Assembly (NCBI GenBank): GCA_004431415.1
Contig: QPMI01000445.1
Location: 1 to 64,000 of the forward strand
DNA: 64,000 bases
DNA from: Cyanophora paradoxa CCMP329
Lineage: Eukaryota > Plantae > Glaucophyta
Direction of reading: 5' to 3'
The notes below the pieces were generated by a model. It had not been told where the DNA came from. It made no database searches and saw only the letters and a list, made by a program, of their open reading frames with translations. A program made the position numbers and the translations under genes. This document shows positions 43,901 to 56,700 of this stretch, in pieces (the first letter of the stretch is position 1; the number at the start of each line of letters is the position of its first letter).

Positions 43901-46900
43901 CCCGCCGCCGGTGCCGCGGAGGACGGGCCGGCCTCCTGCTCGGAGCGCCGGGCCGAGCCCGGCGGGTCGCGGAAGTCGGGGCCGTTCATGTAGAAGGGCC
44001 GCTCGTCGGGGGAGCCCCTCGGCGGCCCCGGCCGCCGCGAAGCCTGCGAAGGCTGCCTGCCCCAGCCCGAGTGGGGCCCGTTCTGCGCTGCACGGGTGAG
44101 CTGGGCCGCGAGTCTGGCGCGCGCCACAAGCGGGTGAATCTGGCGCGCACCATAAGCTCTGGATCTGGCCGGATGCAGGGCAAGCTCGAGGGGGGTGCAG
44201 GGTGCGCCCGGTCGGGTACGTTCCCTCGCGCCTTGGCGGGCTGCAAGCGGACGGGGATCAGCCACAAGGGCCGCGACCGGCAGCGGGGCGAGTGGGGCGC
44301 ACGTCCGCGACGCGGACGACGAGCTCGTGCGTGGCGGTGCAGCCGGACTGGACCACCTTCCCCCAGTACGCGTGCACCGAGATGAGATCCACTTTCTCAA
44401 ATTCTGGATCCAGCACGACGTCGTCTGGACTGGCGGTTGGAGGAGGAGAAGCGGGAATGGGGGCGGGGGGCGAGGGTCTGCACCGATGTTCTGCTGGGTC
44501 GCGTCCTCCTTCTTCAGCTCGCCCCCGCTCTGAGCTGCCTTCCTCACCTCGATGTCCAGGTCGGGCCACCTGCCGAGAGACACGCGAGTGCCCGTCAGGG
44601 AGAGGACCCGAACGCAACTCAGCCGGAGAGGGGCACCAGGCGATGAGGGGCTCGAGCCTGGAGGCAGGGGCCGGCACCGCAGACGTGCGAGATCAGAAGC
44701 AGCGCGTTGCAGGAAAGCAGAAAGAAGCGCACCCTAGGTCACGAAACATTTCGATGGACTCGACGTAGTGCTCAGTCACCTGCGTGTTCTGCCGCGGGCG
44801 TCACATGTATACAGGGGGCGGTGCAGCCACGCGGGGCCCGGGGCCGTGATCGCACGGTGATGGAGCCCGCATCGGGAAAGATGACGAGGCGTGTCGGGCG
44901 CGGGTTCAGGCTGCTCAAGATGGCGGCGATGTGCGGCCGGGAAGACTTGAAGTGGCCGCCGCAGCCGCTGCGAGGGGTTCAGACAGGCGGCTCGCCGCAG
45001 ATGCCTTTCTCGCGCACATTCCGGCACCAATCATCGGAATACCGAAGTAAACACACGTGATGAGGCTCTTGAGGCCGCCCTCGCTGGCCCCGATCCACCT
45101 GCGAGTCCATCGGATCGGTTCGAGAGACTGAAAATTAAATGAGAGGCAGGGGCGGGCCCTTCGTATCCGGGGCGCGTCTGCGTGGGCTGCCAGAAGAACG
45201 CCGGGGTGCAGAGTTCGCCGCCGACCTCCACCAGGTAGCTCGGGACCTCGTCCTTGTTGCCGCACGTGTAGTATTTGCTTCGCGTCTTCACGAACGTCCA
45301 GGGCTGTGCGGTTGCTTCAGGGCGAGGAGCTGGCGCGCACGCATAGCGCAGAGGCTCACCTTGATCATCCCACCGAGGATCCTGCCCCCTACGTCGAGGA
45401 CAGGGATGAACAGACCCTGCAGCGTTGACTGAGATAGGACAGGCGGGAGGCCGGGAGCCTAGCAAACAAGGGTGCGCGTACCTCCCAGTGGGAGCCGCGG
45501 AGACCAAGCACCTCGCCCTCGGCAGCGCCAGCATTCTCGGGGTCCAAGGGAATGTAGGCCGTGCCGGTGGCCCTTGGAAATTGGGGACGCTCATGATCAC
45601 TATCCCCTACAGAAACAGAAATCCAGGCCGGGGGCGTGCGCACGGGTTTGTCGAGAAGCCCGGCAGCTTTGCAAGATCGGCAGCAGCGCGCGAGCCCGAG
45701 GGTTCATGATCAGCGCGACTCGCAGAGGCCGCGTCCAAGTTCGCCACCAGCTGGGCGAGCTTGTCTTGGGTCAACTGCGGCCGCCAGATTCAATTATCCG
45801 ACCGAGCACTTGGAAGAGCGGGGCCCACCTCCCTGCTAAGCCAAGGCCTGATCGAGTCGGAGAACCTGACTGTCCTCTCCAGAAGCCGCCGGGTGAGACC
45901 GCGCGCCTTGAGCAAATCGAATTCAGCCCCAGGCACGCTGTATCTGGCGACGCTAATTCTGGCAGTCATCGCCCGGAGGACAGTTCGGAACTGTGCACCA
46001 CGCCATATGCATCCCAGGGTCACAAGGTTCCAGAGAGGCGCGCAAGGGATTCGGGTGGGTACAGGCGGGGCGCACGAGCTCGTCTCGGCGTTCGAGGGGG
46101 AGGATGTCTGAAGCGCGGACCCTCCTCAGAGGCTGGGCGAGGGTCTTCGTCACGCCGACGTGCACCGCCCGTATCCAGTCCCTTGTTCTTCGGATCTCGT
46201 CGGGGAAGTCCTCTGAAGGAACCAGATGAGCGGCGAGGCGGGATTCTTGAGCGAGGAAAAGCGATACGGACCCTGGTTCTCGCAGTCTTCAAAAGCCTCG
46301 ACAGCTTCTCTGATGGAACTTCGCATGCCAGCCTCGGACGGAAGAGAGAATTCTGCAAAGAACAAGTTTAACAAGGGACAGAATTGAAGTTGAAATCAAA
46401 GTCTCGCACGCTTGGGGTCAGCAACGCGGCGACCTTGAATTCGGCCTCCGGTTTGGATACCCATACAGCTGACGCATCCGTCGTACCACTTTCCGAACAC
46501 AGAGAGCTCTGCTCCGGCGTCAGATGTCTGGACGGACCTGGCGCGGCGCGATATACGCCTGGGCGCGCGCGCCGAAGCCGCGTCCGCGCTGGCAGCGGCG
46601 CTGCGGAGCTGGGGCTGCGGAGCTGGGGATTGAGGCGCACCGATTTCAACGACGATACCGAGAGTGGCATGCATCTTCTGTTTCGTACTGTTGCAGAAGG
46701 CGGACTTGATGTTGTCGTTCGTGATGAAGCGAACGCGCCGGATGCGCGGCGCGGGCTTCCCCCAGTTGTGGAAAACATCGATGCGGCTGAGCTGGAGGTG
46801 ACGATCGAGCTCGCCACACTGTCGACGTCGACGGCGCGTCATGCACGATCAGATTTCAGACCGTTCCTTGCTAATATAAGGAGCTTGAGGATGCGGCATG

Positions 46901-47259
46901 GAGCCGCACCTTGGTTGAACACGAGCCTGACAGGTCCTTTTTGTGCTGTCTGATGACGAGGTCCTTGAGCTCGCCCTGCGCTCGGTCCAGTCAGCGCGCT
47001 GGGGATGGATCTGCAAGCGGCGGCTGGCAGAAGAGCCTGGAATCGCTGCTCTAATCTCGTGCGAAACCTCCGGGCGTGTCGTACGCCGCGCTGCGCGGCC
47101 CGGCCCCCGCGGCCGTGCCCGTGCGCTCCTCATTCGCCGCGGAAGCGAAGCCGCTTCGCGCACCTCCCACAGCTTCACAAGCGCGTTCTTGATACGCTCA
47201 CTGTATCTCCAGTTCTCCGACGGCGACAGCGCGCCTTCGATGCGCTTGCGGGGCGCCAT
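34328..47259 (-). CDS. Dicer-like protein: UIMs, G-patch, platform/PAZ, RNase IIIa, degenerate RNase IIIb, Maelstrom/DEDDh-like exonuclease; 5' extent beyond ~44600 uncertain
   Basis: RNase IIIa: SLTHSS..EALEFLGD..ADALEA..ALYLDSG. RNase IIIb: ATH..YDNRRLAFVGD..LADALAA. PAZ-like: VTTY..TLAEY..DPNQP..APETL. Exonuclease: LDFE..PCE..HGIP..CEFH..PHCALAD. I checked the exon joins by hand between ~34.3 and ~40.3 kb. Confidence 0.75.
38345..38580 (-). repeat. ~5 x 42-bp coding minisatellite (IPAPAPAFVPAAAP)
   Basis: Read directly within the Pro/Ala-rich Dicer linker. Confidence 0.85.
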
Positions 47260-47779
47260 TCGTCTGCTATGATGACTGCTGCTAGTTTTCTGACGAGCCT
47301 GCGCCGCATTCTCCTCCAGGCGAATGTTGCTGGTGCCGCCAGAGCCCTATACCCCAACGATCTCGTTCGCCTCCGTACCCAGTAGTTCGCTGATCAAGTC
47401 GGAGCGCGGCCGGCTCTTCGACGATGTCGAAGAAGATCAAGGCCGGCCCCGGCGGGGTCGGCGAGATGCTGGACCTAAACAAAACGGAGCTCAACAGGTG
47501 GGGCTAACCGTCACTCCGCCCTCGACGCGACGCCGGCGAAGTCTGACCGCGTTGTAGTCTGCTTACGAAGTGGGACCGCTCGGTCAAGTCTCCTCTTTGC
47601 ACGACGCTCAAGGTTGGCATGGATAAGGACATCAAGGACTTCGGTTCGTGGCGCCCGGCGCCCCGCTGAGCAACACGCACCGCTGACGGCCGCCCGCGCT
47701 TCAACTCACAGATTGCTGCGGTAATGGTTCGTTGACGCCCGTCCGAGCTTCCGCACTTGCGCCGCTAACCGCCAGTTCG

Positions 47780-50700
47780 GCCAGGCGAGCTCAACGGGGA
47801 CGAGGAGGTGCCCGCCTGCGCGGCCCGGCGTTGCGTGTATCTGACCCTTCGTTCAGTGTGATCTGGGAGGGACGATGGTGCCTGGCGGCCTGAATGGCAG
47901 AGGCGAGTGGTCCGCGGCGATTCACTGGAGTACGAGCTGACGGGTCGCACGCAACACAGGGCAAAGCTGGGATATGCAGTGCACTGCCAAGTGCATGATC
48001 AAGCCTTTCTGCGGCGACGGCATCCGCGGGCCCAAGAACGTCGGCCACGACTGCGAGCAGTGCGTGTCGCGCCGCGCTTAGCTATCGCCCTGGGCTGGGC
48101 GCGGCTTGGAGCGAGCGGCGCGCAGGTGCGACGATGGGCCCAGCGGCAACGGGTTCGGCTTCTTCCAGAAGTGCGACAGCCTGTGCAACCTCAAGAACTA
48201 TTGTGGAGGTGCCGCGCGCCCCGCGCGCCCGGCGGCGGGGCCGGCGGCGGGCTCACGCGCCGCCGGCAGACGGCAAGATCGACTGGGGCAACGAGCCGAA
48301 CGCCGAGCGCATCGTCTACCGCAACTACAAGGAGAAGCCGGTCTTCGCGAACGGCTTCGACCACATCCAGAACAACAACAGTGCGCCCGCCCGCCCGCCC
48401 CGCGGGCCCCCGGGCCGAGCCGCGGCGGCAGAGGTGAACGTCGTGATCGAGAACGGCGTGGAGCGGCGCGAGCAGTGTGAGCGGCGCCCCCGCCCCCCGC
48501 CCTCCGGCCCCCGCTGCTCCTCGTCTCACCCGACGCGCGCGCAGGCGACGACGGTGCGCCCGCCGCCGGCCCGAGGAAGACCCGCGTCCGCGGGAGCCGC
48601 GGGCCGTGCCCGCTTAGCTAAGGGACCGCAGGCACCGCGAACGGCGGCATGGACAAGTGCACGCAGGAGTGCAGTGCGCCCGCTCGCCCCGCGCCCTGCC
48701 CCCCCCGATCGCGCTGACTTTCGTGCCGCAGAGGTTCCCGTCTGCGGAGGTGCACCCCGCCGGCTCTGCCGACGGCGCGGCCCGCGGCCCCGCGCCTGAC
48801 CGTGCCCCGCAGACAACCTGGTGAACCGCTCCGCCGAGCAGTGCGGTGCGCGCGCCCCGGCCGCGGCTCTTCTTCGGGGCGCCGACGGTGCGCCCCAGAC
48901 GACGGGAAGGCCAACGGGGCGATGGACAAGTGCACGGCGACCTGCCTGAAGCCCGTCTGCGGGTGCGCGCCGCCCCGCCGCTTCATTTTCCCCCCTCCAG
49001 CCCGCATCCAACCCGCGATCCGCAGCGATCAGATCGTCAACCGCTCCTCCGAGCAGTGTAAGGGCCTTCCCACGGGCGCCTCCGGGCTGCACGGCGCGCC
49101 GACGCCCGCCCGCCCTTCCCGCCGCAGGCGACGAGGGGGGCCTCAACGGGCAGATGGACCGGTGCGACGACCCGCCCCGCCGCCCCGCGCCCCGCCGCCG
49201 GCCTCACGGGCGGCCCGCAGGTGCACGAAGGACACGTGCCAGCTGCCCGTCTGCGGGTGCGCCCCGTCCCCCAAAGCGCGCTCGCGCTCGAGGCCGGCGG
49301 CTTACCCGCTCTCTCCCAGCGACGGCCTCGTTAACAAGTCGTTCGACGACGCACGCGGCCCCGCGGAGGAGTGCGGTGCGCTCGTCTCTTCCATACCCCC
49401 CTACCCCTCCTACCCCCCCCCTCCTCCCCCCCCCCACACCGCGTTGCCTCCCTCCACTTCCGTCGCCTATCCTCTTCAGATCCTCTTTCCCTACGCCTCT
49501 GCCTCCCTCCACTTCCTCCTCTTCTCCCCCCCCTCCTCCTCCTCCTCCTCCCCCCCCCCCCCCCCCCTCCTTTCCCCCGCCCTCGGTCACTCGGCCCGTC
49601 CTCACCGCTCACCCATCCCACCCCCGCCCATCCTTCCGCTTCTCCACTGCCTCTCGAGTCGCTGAAACCTGGCCGGCTCTCGCAGACGACGGCGGGATGA
49701 ACGGGCTGGCGAACAAGTGCACGGCGGCCTGCAAGGTCCCCGTCTGCGGGTGCGCCCCCCGTATCCGAGAGCGTCAAGCTCCCCTTGCTGATCCGGTGCA
49801 TGCAGCGACGGCCTCGTCAACCGCACAGTCCCTGACAACCGCGGCCCGGCGGAGCAATGCGGTGAGCTGCGCCGCGGCCCGACGAGTCGGGCGCTGGCTG
49901 GCCGCCGAGCTCGCGCCGCAGACGCGGGGCGCGCCAACGGGTCCATGGACACCTGCACGTCCTCCTGCCAGAACCCCGTCTGCGGGTGCGCCCCATGCGC
50001 GACTCCGCCGCCCCGCCACACTCACGTGCCCGCCCTCTCGTCAGCGATGGCCTCGTCAACCAGAAGTTCGAAGTCTGGTCAGCCTCCCGCGCCCCTTGCT
50101 CGCCCCTGCCCGCCGTGCTAATCCGCCCTGCAGCGACGACGGGTCGCTGAACGGGGAGCGCGACCGCTGCGTCGCGACGACCTGCCAGGTGCGGGGAGGG
50201 GCCCGCCGCGCGACCGCCTCGGCCCTCCTGTGACGCGCGCCGAGCAGCCCCCTCGCTGCGGCGACGGCCTGACCAACGCCACCGGTGCGCTGCGCCCGCC
50301 CCGGGCCGTCGCCCTCGAATCTTGACCCCCGGAGCCAGGCGAGGAGTGCGACGAGGGCGACAAGCTCAACGGGCAGAAGGACCACTGCACGGCCACCTGC
50401 AAGAAGCCCGTCTGCGGGTGCGCGCCGGCGTGTCGCTTTCCCTCCGGAAGGCGGCGCCACTGACCCGGTCCCGGTCCCGCAGCGACCAGCTCGTCAACCG
50501 CGCCGGGGAGCAGGTGCGGCGGGTCTTCGTCTTTGTCGCCCGCTTTCTTGAGTGACGCCGCCCCGCCTGCCTCCAGTGCGACGACGGCAACCAGAACGGC
50601 CAGATGGACAAGTGCATGATGAACACCTGCCAGGTGCGCCGGCCTTGCGGCGGGTCGCCGGCACCTCATGCTCACGCCCCGTGCAGCTGCCCACCTGCGG

Positions 50701-53700
50701 AGGTGCGACGAATTGAGCCGGCACTTTGTCCATCCCCCTCTTCTCGCCCCCCACGCCCCTCTCTCGCCCCCCCCCCTCCCTCCCTCCCTCCCCTGCCCCC
50801 CTCCTCTTCCCTCCAACCCCCCCTCCCCCCCTCTCCCCGCTTTTTTCTCCCTTCTCCTGGATCGAATCTGACCGCAACCCTTTCGTTAGATGGCTTCAAG
50901 AACGTTACCGGGGAGCAGTGGTACGTTGTCTTCACGCCCTTCGGCTCATGACCCGGCTCTTTCTGGCTCTTAACCACCGCGTGCGCCTCAGCGACGACGG
51001 CCGGCAGAACGGCAAGATGGACAAGTGCACGGCAACCTGCCAGGTCCCCGTCTGCGGGTGCGCTTTGTATGCGGCTTTCATCAGCGCGACGCGCTGACCG
51101 CGATGCAGTGATGGCAAGGTCAATCAGACGGGCGAAGCTTGTGCGTTGAAGAATTTCCGATTATTCAAGAAGAATCCTTGTTGACGCTCGCGATCGGACA
51201 GGCGACGCCGGCAGCTCCAACGGCAGCGTCGACACGTGCACGGCAACCTGCCAGAACCCCGTCTGCGGGTGCCATTCCCATTCCACGCGGCTCCGCGTAG
51301 GCCGCGCCCGCTCATGCGCGCTCTCTCAGCGATGGCCTAGTCAACCGTTCTCCTGAGCAATGTGATGCGGGCGCGGCCAACGGCGGCGTGGACACTTGTA
51401 CCGCGGAGTGCAAGAACCCCGTCTGCGGGTGGGCTCCTCTCTTTTCTTACGAGAGCGCGCCCATCCTGACGCGCGCGAGCCAGGGACGGCCTCGTGAACC
51501 AGTCGCGGGAGGCGTGCGACGCGGGCCGCCTGAACGGCAACATGGACCAGTTCGCCCCGCCCCGTCGCCTTGCCTGAAGGACCGCCTCCCTGACGCCGAG
51601 GCAGGTGCACGGCCACGTGCAGCGTTCCCGTCTGCGGGTGAGCGGCCGCGGCGCGCCCCACTGTTTCGAGGATATCCATCTGATTTTTGAGCAGCGATGG
51701 CCTTCTGAATCAGTCCGCTGAAGCCTGTCAGCACCGCATTTGGGATTTGTTTTTGTTTGCCATTCGCGCTGACTTTGTGCAGGCGACGACGGCGGCGCCA
51801 ACGGCCAGCTGGACCAGTGAGCGAATGACTCTGTTGTCCATGCCCCTTCGAGCGCACTGACTCCGACGCAGCTGCACCCGCTCCTGCGCCGTTCCCGTCT
51901 GCGGGTCCGCTCTGTTTCGCCCGGCGTTGTGCTTCATCTTTGTCCCGACAGTCTTGCAGTGACGGCCTTGTGAACAAGACTGGTGAGGTGTGCGACGCCG
52001 GGAACAAGAACGGCGGTCTGGACGAGTGCACCAAGACGTGCGCCGCCTCTATTTCACATTCATACTCGATGCAAGGCTGACCGCGCACCCATCCACCAGG
52101 TGCCAGCCGCCGACCTGCGGGTAGGTGTTGTGTTCTCTCCGGTTTCCTCTCTTTGCGAACGCGGCGGTGCAGGGACGGCATCGTCAACCGGAGTAATGAG
52201 CAGTGGTGAGCGCGCACTTTTTGTGTCACTCCGAAGCAAGAGATTGCTGAAAGCAGCGCTCTTGCAGCGACGATGGCTCCGAGAACGGCAAGCTGGGCAA
52301 GTGCGTGAGATACCTGCTTTACTCAAGATGCGATTGCTTACGGTTCTCGCCGTCTGGTCGATAGGTGCACGCTGGAGTGCAGTGCGTCCTTCCGATGCGG
52401 AAGTTGAGACGAAGATTTCCGCCTCACAATCTCCGCAGAGGTCCCGGTCTGCGGCGACGGCCTCGTCAACCAGGTCCGTTTTACCCTTGTTCGGCCGCGT
52501 GTACCGCGCGTGACGCGGGTCGGCGAGCAGGCCAAGGAGCAGTGCGATGCGGGCGGCAAGAACGGGAACGTCGACGAGTGCACCGCGGAGTGCAGGAACC
52601 CCGTCTGCGGGTGCGCCTGGCGAGGCGAGGCGGTGCTCTCGGAGACCAGAACTGAGTCGCGCGGCCTTGCGCAGCGACGGCATGCGCAACCAGAGCAAGG
52701 AGGCCTGCGACGCCGGCGGCGCGAACGGCCAGCTCGACGTGAGACCCCGGCCATGTGAGCCTTCGCAAGCCCTCTTGCTGACGTGGAGCCTCGCAGACCT
52801 GCACGCGCGAGTGCCAGGTCCCTGTTTGTGGGTGCGTGTGTTGTGACGAGCTTTTCGATCATTCGAACGACTCATCTGACGTTCACAAAGCGACAAACTT
52901 GTCAATCTCACCGGCGAGATGTGGTACGTGGTGCACGGCAGGTGCACGGCGACGTGCCAGATCCCTGTCTGCGGAGGTGCGCGCTGACGGCGCCGCCTCC
53001 CTCGTGGCGCCGGCCCCGCCTCCTTACCCCGTTTCGCAGACAAGATGGTGAACCAGAGCACGGAGCAGTGCGACGCGGGCAAGGCCAACGGCGCCATCGA
53101 CACCTGCACGGCGACCTGCACCATCCCGGTCTGCGGGTGAGCGTAAATGATGCTCTGGAAGCCCCGCGCTGGTCTGACGCTGCCCAGCGATGGCCTCCGC
53201 AACCAATCAAACGAGGAGGTTCGCCTCGCCTTCTGCCTTCTCTGCGCCCGAGTATCTCACGTGTGCCGCCAGTGCGACGACGGCGCCAGCAACGGCCAGC
53301 CCGACAAGTGCACCCTGGACTGTCGCGTGCCTTTCTGCGGGTACTGTTCTTCTTCTTTTGAACGCGAGGATCGGAGCTCTGACTGTCTGTGGCAGCGATG
53401 GCCTGGTGAACCAGCGCTCCGAGACTTGCGGTTCGCTGTAGCCACTCCCTGCTTCCGCGGTCGGCCATTAACGCGCGCTTCTTCTTTGCAGACGCCGGTT
53501 CAAAGAACGGCTCCGTCAACGAGTGAGCTTTTCACTTTCGTCCGAGCCTTTAGTGAACCTGACCCGACGTGCCTCAGGTGCACCAAGAGCTGCCAGCCGC
53601 CCGTCTGTGGGTATGAGGCCCGCGCAGCGCCCACGCGTCTCTATGCTGACCTCGCCTCCAAAGCGATGGCCTCCCGAACCGCAGCGGAGAGCAGTGGTTA

Positions 53701-56700
53701 GCCTCTTTGCTTCTGTTCGTTGCGTCGTGCCCTCAGGCTAACACGCTCATGCAGCGACGACGGGGCCAAGAACGGAGAGATGGGCCGGTGCTTGCTCCGC
53801 GCGGAAGTATCTATCAAGTTTGCTGATTCCACAAACGCAGCTGCACGGCCACCTGCCAGACGCCCTTCTGCGGCGACGGGTGCTTTCGCCTCCCGCGCGC
53901 TCGGGCGCGCGCGCCATCTCATCCCGCCCTGCAGCACGGTCAACCAGTTCAACGAGGCCTGCGACGCCGGCGAGGTCAACGGCGCCATGAACGTGCGAGC
54001 TTGTCCCACTCCGCGCCCCGCCGGAGACGCGCGACGAGCGCTAGAGTCGACGCGCCGCACTCGCAGGCTTGCACGAAGATGTGCTCCGTCCCCGTCTGCG
54101 GCGACGCCATCGTGCGTTCGCTACTCTTTCTTTGCTCTCCGGCGTAGCTGACCTGGCACCGCCCGAAAGGTCAACCGCGGGGAGGAGGAATGGTTAGCCG
54201 CAGAACGAGCGTGTGTTCAACATCATTGCTGAAACGCAGAGCGCAGCGACGATGGCCCGATGGCCGGCAACATGGACCGCTGCACCACTCAGTGCGTCGT
54301 TTCGCACCCGCGATCGCCCAGAAAAGAGTAACTGACGTTCCTTCAGGTGCCGCCTGCCGGAATGCGGGTAACAGAAGCGCAACAGAAGTTCTAGCCTGTA
54401 GACCTGCCTGCTGAAGCGTTCCTTGCCCGCCAGCGACGGCCTCGTGAACAAGGCGGGCGAGGTCTGCGACGACGGCATGAAGAACGGCGGCGTCGACAGC
54501 TGCACGGCCTCGTGCAAGCCCCCCGTCTGCGGGCGCGCGCCCGCCCCGCCCTCCCCGCTCGAGCATCATCCCAAGCTGTAATCTAATCGCCCCTCTTCAG
54601 GGACGGCATCAAGAACCGGGAGGCCGAGCAGTGCGACGAGGGCCACCAGAACGGCCAGCCGAACGTGCGCGCCGCACTGCGTTCGCGGCCGTCGTGTGTC
54701 TTTGTGCTGAACGCCTCCTTGCAGTCCTGCACCCGCGACTGCCAGCTCCCCGTCTGCGGGTGCGCCCGAGTCCATAAGCAAAGCTCTTTCGGTCGCTAAT
54801 ATTATAATTTCAGAGATGGAATTGTCAACGTCGATGGCGAGGAATGGTGCGCCCTCGTCGCGGCGGCGCCTGCCCCTCCATTCGCCCTGGCTGAACCTGT
54901 CGGCAGCGATGCCGGCCGTGCGAACGGCGAGCCGGATCAGTGCACGAAGGAGTGCAAGATGCCCGTCTGCGGGGACGGGAAGATCAACAAGGTTGGCGAG
55001 CAGTGGTGCGCACCTCGCCCCTGTGCGCAGCCGCGGTCGGTGCCAATCGCATCACCCGCCTGCAGCGACGAGGGCGCCGCCAACGGATCGATGGGCGCGT
55101 GCACGAACGAGTGCAAGCAGCCCGTCTGCGGGTCCGTCTTTCCTCTCGTACCGTGCTCGGCGACGGGCGCTGACCTTTGCTGCAGCGACGGCCACGTCAA
55201 TCAGAGCTCGGAGGCCTGCGGTGCGCAGCGGCCCCGCCGCTTTCGCTACTGGTCGGCATTGATGTAAAGGAACCTATCCTCGCAGACGACGGCCACGCGA
55301 ACGGCTCGACGAACATGGTCAGCGCTTGCACACTAGCGTCCACCGCCTCGTGGTGACATCCCTTTCCGCGCAGTGCACTCTGCAGTGCACCAAGCCCGGC
55401 TGCGGGTACCTGCGAACCCCTCGCTTCTGTTTCCACGTTCGTTCTTAGAGGTTCGCAGTGACGGCCAAGTCAACCAGGGCGGCGAGCAGTGCGGTGCGCC
55501 GCTTGCTTTCGTCCCCGCCGGCGCCCCCCGCTCACTGCCGCGGGCCGCCCTGCAGACGACGGCGCCCTCAACGGGCAGCCGAACCACTGCACGAGCGCCT
55601 GCACCGTCCCCGTCTGCGGCGACGGCATCGTGCGTGCCTTCCGTCGCGGTTGCCTGCCGCCGCGGCGCCAGAAGCTGACGCGCTGCGCAGGTGAACCGCG
55701 TCGACGAGTCCTGTGAGTTATCGCTGGCCCAGTTTTCCCACGCAATGTTGTGATGCCGTTCTTCGCTGAGACCGCCCCGCAGGCGACGCCGGCGCCGCCA
55801 ACGGCACCGTCGACCGCTGCACTCAGCACTGCCAGGTGGGCAGAAACCTCGCACCCAAAGGGCCTGCGCCGCTCTAAACGCGCGCCCTTGCAGGCCCCCG
55901 TCTGCGGCGATGGCATTACCAACCGCTCCGAGGAGCAATGTGCGCCGCGTCGCCGCCACGCCTCCCGTTTCGTTAAAACGAGTCGCTAATTTCCGTTCTC
56001 CCGCAGGCGACGAGGGTGCTTGAGCTTCTCGCTTCGAGCGGGCTGGCCTCCGGGCGCGTGCCTCACGCTCCCCGCCCCGCTCCTGCAGGCGCGAACGTCA
56101 ACGGGGCGGTCGACCGCTGCCAGGAGAACTGCAAGCTGCCCGTCTGCGGGTGCGCCGCGCGCGGCCCGACCTCTCGGCGCCTCGTCCCGCCGTCCGACGG
56201 GGCGGGGCGGGGCGGGCCAGGGACGGGGAGGTGAACCAGAGCAAGGAGGTCTGCGACGACGGCCGCTTCAACGGCCTCGAGGTCCCCACCGCCGAGCACC
56301 ACTGCTCCGCCGACTGTGCGCGCCCCCTTTTGCCGCCCCCGCCCCCGCCCTTGCCCTCCCGCGATCCGAGCCCCCGCGCAGGCGGCATCGCTCCCTTCTG
56401 CGGGTGCCGTCGGCCTCGCCGCCCCTTCCCTCCCCCGCAATCCCTCCTCGCGCTCTCTGACGCCTTTGCCTTCCGCCCTCAGCGACGGCGTGAAGGGCGC
56501 CAACGAGGCCTGCGGTGCGCTCCTCCCAAAGCTGCGCGCCTCTGCCCTCCTCACGCGGCGGGCGGTCGGGGGCAGACGACGGGGCGCGCAACGGGACCTC
56601 CGAGTCGCTCTGCTCCGCCACGTGCTCGTTCATCGACTACTGCGGGGACGGCAAGCGCGACGTCGGCGAGTCGTGCGACGACGGCGAGCTCAACGGGGCC